DNA of 64,000 nucleotides from Anaeromyxobacter sp. (GTDB lineage: Bacteria; Myxococcota; Myxococcia; Myxococcales; Anaeromyxobacteraceae). Location of the stretch: assembly GCA_049840735.1 (NCBI GenBank), contig JASGJN010000007.1, positions 96,001 to 160,000 of the forward strand, read 5' to 3'. A program made the position numbers and the translations under genes. Within the stretch, counting starts at the first letter, position 1, and the number at the start of each line of letters is the position of its first letter. The notes under the pieces were generated by a model. That model searched no databases. It was given only the letters and a program-made list of their open reading frames with translations, and had not been told where the DNA came from. Below are positions 54,823-64,000 of the stretch, in pieces.

Positions 54823-55413
54823 TCAGGCCTGTTCTGCGCTCAGCACCCCCTGCAGCTCCGCCAGCAGCTCGGCCCGCACCGCAGTGGCGCGGTCGAAGGC
54901 CTCGCGCGCGTCGGCGCGGAGCCGCCGGCGATCCTCGCGGTTGGGATCGGTGCGGGAGGCCCAGTAGAGCGCGTGCGCTTCGGACCAGCCGTCGGCCAGC
55001 GCGCGCGCCTGGGCGCCGGCGCGGCCGCCCAGCAGGCACTCGGCCGTGGCGGTGGCCCGCAGCAGCTTGGGGAAGAGCGAGGAGAGCGTCTGGGCGGCGC
55101 GGGTCTCGTGCGAGAGGAAGGACTCGCGCCGCTCCTCGCGCGTGGCGTCCTCGTCCAGCAGGAGGTCGTGATAGGGGAGCAGCAGGTCGCGCAGCGCGCC
55201 CTCGAAGGCGGCGCTCTCGCTCCACAGGTCCACCGCCGCGGTGACCCGCGGCCCGTGCACCGCCGCCAGCACCACCCGGCGCGCCTCCAGCGCGTCCTCC
55301 AGCCGCGCCAGCCGGCGCTGCGAGAGGTGGCTCCAGATGGCTGACGCGACGGCCCCGGCGGCGGCCACGATCACGCCCGGGATCACCAGGCCGAAGAGGG
55401 TGAGGTCGTTCAC
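54823..55413 (-). CDS. Hypothetical membrane-anchored helical protein
   Basis: GTG 55413; N-terminal TM LFGLVIPGVIVAAAGAVASAIW; high GC3. Confidence 0.6.
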   Translation of the reverse strand: MNDLTLFGLVIPGVIVAAAGAVASAIWSHLSQRRLARLEDALEARRVVLAAVHGPRVTAAVDLWSESAAFEGALRDLLLPYHDLLLDEDATREERRESFLSHETRAAQTLSSLFPKLLRATATAECLLGGRAGAQARALADGWSEAHALYWASRTDPNREDRRRLRADAREAFDRATAVRAELLAELQGVLSAEQA

Positions 55414-55453
55414 GGGGAGAGTGTAGCCGAGGGGTCCGACGTGGCGGCCGGGA

Positions 55454-57534
55454 TCACCCGCTGCCTCCGGCGGTCCGCTTCCAGATGGTGCCGCACCACA
55501 GGCAAACCCAGCGGCGCTCCTCGCTCGTGGCACGGGCGGTGAGGTGGGCGTCCAGGCGCGAGCCGTCGGTGCGCCCGCACCCGGGGCACCGCCGCTCGGT
55601 GCCGCCGGCGCTCGGGTTGCGGCGGGGTCGGCCCCGGCGGCGCGGCTTCTCCTGCGGCTGCTGCGAGAGCCAGATGGTCCCGCCCTGCGCGAGCTCCGGC
55701 AGCGGCAGCAGCCCGGCCGTCACGGTCGCGCTCCGGCCTGAGAAGTGCTCCACGAAGCGGGTACCGCTGGGAATGCCGCCGGCCTCCACCTCCAGCGGGC
55801 GAGCGGGCCGCGGGCGCTCACCGCGGTGGGCGATCACCAGTGCGCGGCCGGTGCGGCCCTCGCGCTGGTAGGCCAGGGTGTCCGGCTCCACCGAGAGCAC
55901 CTGGAAGCCGCCCTCCAGCAGCGGCTCGGAGGCGCGGCGGAGCTCGGCGAGCGAGCGGTAGAACCCGAGCAGGGGAACGTTCCAGCGATCCCGGTCCCAC
56001 ACCATGCAGCCGCGCGGCCCGAGCGCGGGGTCGTCCTCCATCCCGATTCTCGTCGCCGTACCAGAGCAGCGGGACGCCGGGGTAGGTGAACTGGATCACC
56101 GCGGCCAGCCGGTGGAGGGCGTCGTTGCCGCCCACCACGCTGCGGATGCGCTGCAGGTCGTGGCCGCCCACCATGAGCAGCGCGTGGCGCGCGCTGGTCC
56201 ACGGGATGACCGCGCGCGCCGCCCGCCACGCCGCCTCCAGCGCCTCGGTCGACATGGGGCCGCTGGCGATCCCTGCGTTCCTCCCGCTCGTGCTCCTCGT
56301 GCCGGCGGAGCCAGTGCCAGAGCGGGTAGGTGAAGCCCGCCATCTCGGCCACGCCGTCGAACTGGTCACCCTGCAGGCGGGGGGAGGCGTCCACGAAGCT
56401 GCGGCTCACGATGCAGGCGTCGGCGCGGGTCTCGCGAACGGCGCGGCGAACCTGGCGCAGGAGGTGGTCGGCCTCGCTGGCGCGATCCTCGGGCCGGCAG
56501 AGGTGCAGGGTCCAGCCGTCCGCTGCGTACGGCGGACGCAGCCAGTGCCGGAGGAACGCGTCCTCGGCCGTGAACATGCGCCGGACGAGCTCGGGGGCGC
56601 CGAGGTCGAGCCGCCGCTCGCCGCCCAGCCCCAGCCAGCGCTCGAAGTCCCCGTCGCGGCCCCGGACGAAGAACGCCGCCTCAGGTGAGGAGGGATTGGC
56701 CTGCGCAGCGCGAAACCAGGCGTGCCAGGCGCTCAGCTGGCTCGTATCGGCCTCCAGCAGGTAGCGCAGCCCGTGCGAGGTGAGGGCTTGGCGCAGCCGC
56801 GCCAGCGCCGCATCCCCGCCCAGCCGTGGATCCACGTGGCCGTGGTCGATCACGTTGTAGCGGTGGCTGGAAGGCGACGAGAAGACCGGCGTCAGGGCCA
56901 GCGCCGTGACCCCGAGCTCCGCGAGATGGTCGAGTCGCTCGGACACGCCGGCCAGGTCGCCGCCGTAGAAGGTCACCGGGAACGGGTGATCGGGAGAAGG
57001 AGGCGTACCCCACGGGAACAGCCGGGGAGGGGCGTCCGCGAACTCGCCTTCACGGTAGGTCCAGGTCTGGCCGTCGAGATCTCCCGGGAGGGCGTCCGCC
57101 GATCCACCGCGTGCGAATCGATCCACGAACGCCAGGTACAGCACCGCTGCGTGAAGCCAGGCCGGGCGAGCCCCGCCGGCCACCAGCTTGAAGTCGGTGA
57201 CGTCCGGCGGACTGTACGGCGTGATACCCGCCGCGGAGTAGGACCACACGCCGTCGTCGCTCTCGAGCACGAAGCGGTAGGACGTGAGCCCTGCTCGCAC
57301 GGGCAGCTCGGCCTCGTACCACTGCGCGGGCGGCTCGAGGGAACCGGGCTCCATGGGAGTGAAGACCTGCCACCCATCCGCGCACGTGCGCACGAACACG
57401 CGCCGGATTGGCGCCGATGCGGAGGCGCGGAGGCGAAGCCGGACGGGCTCACCCGCCGCCGGCTCTGGGTTCGAGACGTACGTCGCCGAGCCATCGTGAT
57501 GGATGGTGCCGAGCCAGGCCGGTGGAAACCGCAT
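55454..57534 (-). CDS. Maltodextrin glucosidase (MalZ)-like GH13 protein lacking catalytic residues, with C-terminal AT-hook and Zn-ribbon (apparent frameshifts at ~56270 and ~56047)
   Basis: HHDGS N-domain, DRFAR, FYGGDLAG, HVDPRLGGD, RHWLRPPY, GFTYPLW, PGVP..YGDE as in MalZ. Regions I-III read EADTSQ, DGWTLHL and IVSRSF. Tail KPRRRGRPRR..CPGC..CLWC. Length 3n+2. Confidence 0.8.
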
Positions 57535-57999
57535 TGCGAAGCTTAGGGCCGAATTCCCGGTTCGCGTCAAATGCATCGCACGGCGTATTGGCGCGTCGTC
57601 CTGCCGGCCGCCCTCCGTCCCCAGGCGATCCCGCTTCGCCAAGCTCTACCCCCGGTCGGGATGATGTTCGCAAGAAGGGTTCGCCACAAGGGGTCAATTC
57701 AAAGCCCCTAACGGGACAGTGCGCAGAGGTCTGACGAGGGTACACATCAGTGAAGTCAGTATCTTGTGTCGGCACGTCGAGGTGAGGTCGAGGGGGCTTG
57801 TGTGTGTGACGCGTAGCGTCGTTCGCATTTCTCAAGATCCAAAATCTCGTTGCCGGTTCTCCACGCGCACCCATAGCGTGGGCCGCCTCTCATTGAGGGT
57901 CAGACCCTGGACTGCATTGGGCGCGATAGAGCGTCGGGGCGCTCTATTGCGCAAACGCCGCCTGGGCGGCGCGGGGTTGCGGCCTGGCTTGGAGGAGTC

Positions 58000-60900
58000 A
58001 TGAAGGGGAACGTGTGGTGCGGGGCGCTGGCGCTGCTCCTGGTGGGCGCGCTGGCTGCTTGCGGTGGATCGCCGGCCGGGACCGGTGACGGGACGCAGAG
58101 CCAGGACGGAGGGGCGCTCACGAGCCCGGCCGTCATCTACTACTACCTGCCGTACAAGGGCTGGTCGCAGGCCAACATCCACCACGACGCCGCAGGCGCC
58201 TGGACCGCGGTGCCGGGGGTGGCCATGGCGCCGGCCTGCCCGAACTGGCTGGCCATCACGCTCAACTCCAGCGCGTCCAGCTTCCAGGCGGTCTTCACCG
58301 ACGGCCAGGGGCACTGGGACAACCCGACGGGCGGCGGCAACTACGTCGTGGGCGGCGGGATCTCGGTGGTCCAGAACGGCAAGCTCACTGCCAACGCCGC
58401 CAACCCCTGCGCCACGCCGCCGCCGGCCGTCACGGCCACCGTCTTCTACAAGATCGGCTGGGCGGCACCCAACATCCACCACAACGGCTCGGGCAGCTGG
58501 ACGGCCTCGCCGGGGGTGGCCATGGACGGCGCCTGCGCCGGCTGGTTCAAGAAGGCCATCACCCTGGGCGCCGGAGCCACCGCCTTCCAGGCGGTCTTCA
58601 ATGACGGCAAGGGGACCTGGGACAACAACGGTGGCCGGAACTACACGCTGGCCAGCGGGGTGTCGACCGTGAGCGGCGGCGTGGTCACCTCCAACGCCAC
58701 GGACCCCTGCGGCACGGTCGACACCACCCCTCCCACCGCGCCGTCGACGACGTCGGCCAGCGCCTCGGGGACCACCATCACCGTGAGCTGGGCGGCCTCC
58801 ACCGACGCCGAGAGCGGGGTCGCCAGATACGTCATCACCCGCACCGGCGGCACGCAGGGGCCGGTCACCCTGAGCAGCACCAGCACCACGCTGGTGGACG
58901 CCGGGCTCACGGCCGACACGCTCTACACCTACACGGTCGTGGCGGTGAACGGGGCCGGGCTGAGCTCGGCGGCTGGGCCGCAGGCCCAGGTGCGCACCGG
59001 GGCCGCGCCTCCTGGCGCGACCATCACGGTCTACTACGCGAACACCGCGGCCTGGGGCCTGGTCAACATGCACTACCAGAAGCTGGGCGTGACCTGGACC
59101 ACGCCGCCCGGCGAGGCCATGACGAAGGACTGCGACGACTGGTGGACGAAGCAGGTCGACCTGGGCACCGCCACCAGCATGAAGGCGGACTTCAACAACG
59201 GGAGCGCCTGGGACAACAACAGCGGCGCCGACTACGTGCTCACCGCCGGCATCGTGACCGTGCGCAACAAGGTCGTGACCAAGGTCACGGCCAGCCCCTG
59301 CACGCCGGACGTGACGCCGCCCAGCGCGCCCGGCACGCCCACGGCCACCGTCACCGGCGGCGTGAACGTGAACCTGGCCTGGGCGGCCTCCACGGACGAT
59401 CGCGGGCTGGCGGGCTATGACCTGACCCGCACCGGCGGCAGCCGGGGGACGGTGGCCCTGACGAGCGGCGTGGCCTCCTTCTACGACCCCAACCTGGACG
59501 AGAACACCAGCTACACCTACGCGGTCCGGGCCCGCGACAAGGCTGGCAACGTCTCGGCCTGGACGCCGGCCGTGCAGGTCCGCACCACGGTGGTGCCGCC
59601 CCCGCCGCCCACGCCGGACGCCACCCCGCCCATCGGCACCGATCCGCGCGAGGACGCCATCTACTTCGTGATGACGGCCCGGTTCTACGACGGGGATCCC
59701 ACCAACAACCGCGGCGGCAGCCAGCACGTGAGGTCGGGCAACGCGGCCAACAACGACCCCATGTTCCGGGGCGACTTCGCCGGCCTGATCCAGAAGCTCG
59801 ACTACATCAAGGCGCTGGGCTTCTCCGCCATCTGGATCACGCCCGTGGTGCTCAACCGGTCGGACTACGACTTCCACGGCTATCACGGCTGGGACTTCTA
59901 CCGCGTGGACCCGCGGCTCGAGTCGGCCGGCGCGACGTACCAGGATTTGATCAATGCCGCGCATGCCAAGGGGATCAAGATCATCCAGGACGTGGTCTAC
60001 AACCACTCCAGCCGCTGGGGCGCCAAGGGGCTCTGGACCACCAAGGTGTTCGGCGTGCGTGACTCGCAGTGGAGCTGGTACTACGACCAGCCGGTGGCTG
60101 GTCTCGAGTACGACGGCCTGACCATCGACCCGAACACCGGCAAGAGCTGGTACAACGGCGACCTGTGGTCGACGGCGGAGCCGGTCGGCAACACCTGCCG
60201 GTCCTGGGGCGTGGCCACCCAGTACTCCAGCCCGGAAGGCTACCGGATCTACAACTGCCAGTGGCCCAACCCGACCTCGGGCATGTTCCCGGCGCAGTAC
60301 TTCCACCAGTGCTGGATCGGCAACTGGGAGGGTGAGGACTCGCGCAGCTGCTGGCTGCACGAGGACCTGGCCGACTTCAACACCGAGAGCGCGGCCGTCC
60401 AGCAGTACCTGATCGGCGCCTACAACAGGTTCGTGGACATGGGCGTGGACGGGTTCCGCGTCGACACCGCGGTGCACATCCCGCGCGTCACCTGGAACCG
60501 GCGGCTGCTCCCGCCGCTCCATGCCCACGCCCAGGGCAAGTGGGGCGCGGCCGGCCAGAACTTCTTCGTGTTCGGCGAGGTGGCCGCGTTCGTGAACGAC
60601 AAGTGGAACCGCGGCTCGGTCAACCACTCGGCCCAGTTCTTCACCTGGAAGGAGCGCAAGGAGTACACGCAGGACGACGTCCAGGCGGCGCTCGATCAGT
60701 ACAACTACGAGCAGCAGCTGGGTACGGGCAACCAGCCCACCAGCACCAACGCCTTCCTGGACGGGAACGCCTACCACGCGCCGGACCACAGCCAGTTCTC
60801 GGGCATGAACATCATCGACATGCGCATGCACAACAACTTCTACGACGCGCGGAACGCGTTCCAGAACGGCATGGACTCGGACGATGCCACCAACGACTCC

Positions 60901-61579
60901 ACCTACAACGTGGTGTACGTGGACTCGCACGACTACGGGCCGGGCAAGTCGCTCAACACCTACGCCGGCGGGACCGACGCATGGGCCGAGAACATGAGCC
61001 TGATGTGGACGTTCCGCGGGATCCCGACGCTCTACATGGGCTCGGAGATCGAGTTCAAGGCCGGCGCTCCGATCGACTGCGGCCCGAACTGCCCGCTCTC
61101 CACCACCCGGCGTGCCTACTACGGTGACAACCTGGCGGGCACGGTCACGGCCGCCGACTTCGGCGTGACCGGCAGCGCCACCGGCGCGGTGGCGGCCACG
61201 ATGGACAAGCCGCTGGTGAAGCACCTGCAGCGCCTGAACCAGATTCCGCCGGCGCATCCCGGCGCTGCAGAAGGGCCAGTACTCCACCGCCGGCGTCAGC
61301 GGCTCGTCCACCGGCCTCGCGTACAAGCGGCGCTTCACCGACGCGGCCAGGGGCGTGGACAGCTTCGCGCTGGTCACCATCTCCAGCGGCGCCACGTTCA
61401 CCGGCATCCCCAACGGCACGTACAGGGACGCCATCACCGGTGACGTGCAGGTCGTGACGGCTGGCACCCTGACGGCTTCGGCCAGCGGGAAGGCCAACAT
61501 GCGCATCTACGTGCTCGATCTCCCGGGGAACCCCGCCCCGGGCAAGATCGGGAGCGACGGGCCGTACCTCAGGCCCTAG
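58000..61579 (+). CDS. Multimodular lipoprotein amylase/amylopullulanase: 3x CBM25-like, 2x FN3, GH13 (apparent +1 frameshift at ~61244)
   Basis: GGAGGAG SD; lipobox LAAC; W..PG..M...FNDG..WDNN modules; IYFVMTARFYDGD, DVVYNH, GFRVDT, FGEV, VDSHD (catalytic triad intact). Confidence 0.9.
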
Positions 61580-61798
61580 CCGGGCTCCGGCCGGCGGATC
61601 CCGGTTCCTCTCCCCGTTCGATCCGCGGATCCGCCGGCGGAGGTTGCAGCCTCTCCCCACCGCGCTCCCGCCGCTGCTCGCGGCGGGTGCGCCTTCACCA
61701 CCCACCACGACAACCCACGCGCGCCGGGAGGCGCGCCACGGGGCGCGTGCACCCATCGCCGGCGAGGGGATGGGCGCGTGCGCCCTCGAGGAGGCTTC

Positions 61799-64000
61799 AT
61801 GCAGACGGAACGACCGAAGGCTGGCTGGGCGCTCATCGCGCTCGCGGCAGCGGCGCTGGCGTGCGGAGGAAGCCCGGAGCAGGCGGCGGAGGGCCGAGCC
61901 GGCGGCGGCGCCGGCTCCCTCGCCAGCCCGGCAGTCATCTACTATTACCTGCCGTACAAGGGCTGGTCCCAGGCCTACGCCCACCACGCGGCCAGCGGAA
62001 GCTGGACGGCCGTCCCGGGCGTGCGCATGGCGCCCGCCTGCACCGGCTGGGTCAGCGTCACGCTCGACTCCGCGGCGAGCAGCTTCCAGGCGGTCTTCAA
62101 CGACGGCCAGGGGCACTGGGACAATCCGACCGGTGGCGGCAACTACGTGGTGGGGGCCGGGATCTCGGTGGTCCAGAACGGCCGCCTGACGGCCAACGCC
62201 GCCAATCCCTGCACCGCGCCCCCACCCGGCAGCACCGCCACCGTCTTCTACCGAACGAGCTGGACGGCGCCGAGGATCCACTACGGCGTGGGCGGCACCT
62301 GGACCACACCGCCGGGCCCCGCCATGGACCCGGCCTGCACCGGGTGGTGGAAGAAGAGCGTCGAGCTCGGCACGGCCACCGGTTCCCTGGTGACGTTCAA
62401 CGACGGCAGCGGCAGCTGGGACAACAACGGCGGCCGGAACTACGCGCTGGGGGCCGGGACCTCGACCGTCAGCGGCGCAGGAGTGACGGCGGGCGCCGCC
62501 GATCCCTGCGGCGGCGTGGACGTGACACCCCCGAGCCAGCCCCAGGGCGTGCTGGCGTCGGCGAGCGGCACCAGCATCACCGTGACCTGGTCGGCCTCGT
62601 CCGATGATTCGGGGCGTGACCGGCTACGAGGTCACGCGGACGGGCGGGTCGCAGGGGACCGTGGTCGCCACGGCTGCCGGCACCAGCCTGACCGCCACCG
62701 GGCTCACGCCTTCGACGCGTTACGCCTTCACGGTCAAGGCGCTCGACGCTGCGGGGAACCGCTCGGCGGCCAGCGCCGAGGCAGCGGCCACCACCGGCGG
62801 CGCCCCCACGGCGATCCGCATCTACTACAAGGGCGCGGCCTCCACGACCATCTGGACCTGGGAGCCGAGCGCCCGGGCCATCAGCCAGCTCGCGGGCTTC
62901 GCCTGGCCCGGGCCTGCCATGACGCCGGATCCGGAGAACCCGGGCTGGCTCTACTGGGAGCTGCCGCCGGCCTACGCGCCCTACAACGCGGCCCTGGCGT
63001 TCCTGTTCGCCGGGACCCAGACCCAGGTCAACCTGCCGGGGCCGGTGACGAGGTCGATGTGGTGGAACGGGACGGCCTGGTCGGATCACAACCCCGACCC
63101 GGCGACCGCCCCGGTGGTCACCGTGACGCCGAACGGCGGCTGGTTCGGGGCGGCGACCTCGACCAGCGTCAGCATCACCGTCACCACCCGCGCCGACGCG
63201 CCCGTCACGGCCATGACCTACCGGGTTGGCGGCGGGGCGGTCACGCCCTTCGCCTCGAGCCCGCTCGCCCTGACGGTGCCGCTCTCGGCCACGCCGGTCA
63301 CGGTGACGGTCAGCGCCACCAACGGCGTGGGGACCACCACCCTGACCAGCCAGCCCTTCCAGCAGGGCACGCAGCCCATGCCGTCCTTCAGCTGGAAGAA
63401 CGCCACCGTCTACTTCGTGATGACCGATCGGTTCGTGAACGGTGACACCTCGAACGACGGCTCCTTTGGCCGCGTGAAGGTGGACGCGACCGGCTCGAGC
63501 ATCGGCACCTTCCACGGTGGTGACCTCAGGGGCCTCCTGCAGAAGGTGGACGACGGCTACTTCACTTCGCTGGGCGTGAACGCCATCTGGATCACCGCGC
63601 CCTACGAGCAGATGCACGGCTGGACCGGCGGCGGGACCTCGGGTGACTTCGCCCACTACGCGTACCACGGCTACTACGCCCTGGACTGGACCAACCTCGA
63701 TCCGAACATGGGCACGACCACGGACCTCAAGGCGTTCGTGGACGCGGCCCACGCCAAGGGCATCCGGGTGGTGTTCGACGTGGTGATGAACCACACCGGC
63801 TACGCCACGCTCCGGGACATGGCCGACTTCGGGTTCGGCGGGAAGAAGGCAGGTTTCAACGCGGCCTGGACGCCCGCCGCAGGCCAGACCTGGCACAGCT
63901 GGAACGACCTGATGATTGACTATGCCTCCACCGCGGTCCAGGGGGACTGGGCGCGCTGGTGGGGGCAGCCGTGGATCCGGGCCGGGATCGTCGGCTACGA
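61799..64000 (+). CDS. Second multimodular lipoprotein alpha-amylase (2x CBM25-like, FN3, further modules, MalS-like GH13), 3'-truncated; apparent +1 frameshift at ~62608
   Basis: GAGGAGG SD; ALAC lipobox; after the shift FSWKNATVYFVMTDRF, IGTFHGGDLRG, YEQMHGW, YAYHGYYALDW, DVVMNHTGYAT. Confidence 0.88.

Noticed and set aside
57921..57985. Possible c-di-GMP-I riboswitch (GCAAA..GCGGGGTTGC)
   Set aside because: Lacks the GNRA tetraloop/receptor and P1 pairing; only a superficial match.

Overview
High-GC bacterial chromosomal segment; gene content and codon usage point to a myxobacterium such as Anaeromyxobacter (inference). About 45 protein-coding genes; no rRNA, tRNA, CRISPR array or transposase was recognised. 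The main themes are: (1) redox and central metabolism (FAD/Fe-S oxidoreductase, hemerythrin, 2-oxoacid:ferredoxin oxidoreductase, quinone oxidoreductase, three-gene transhydrogenase, alanine-glyoxylate aminotransferase); (2) a TetR-MFP-RND efflux operon; (3) starch/maltodextrin/trehalose and osmotic functions (TreS, MalQ, three lipoprotein GH13 amylases, MscS, MscL). Sixteen apparent frameshifts were traced; most lie on or next to GATC and look like methylation-linked long-read errors rather than pseudogenes. The most striking observations are: (a) a MalZ-like GH13 protein lacking its catalytic Asp and Glu and carrying a C-terminal AT-hook plus Zn-ribbon, divergent from the amylase genes (candidate maltodextrin-sensing pseudo-enzyme regulator); (b) a malate synthase-isocitrate lyase-hemerythrin triple fusion opposite a RamB-type regulator; (c) two paralogous uncharacterised membrane/coiled-coil proteins, each divergent from a stand-alone receiver protein; (d) a REP-like repeat family with covarying GNA-loop hairpins, found only between convergent genes.
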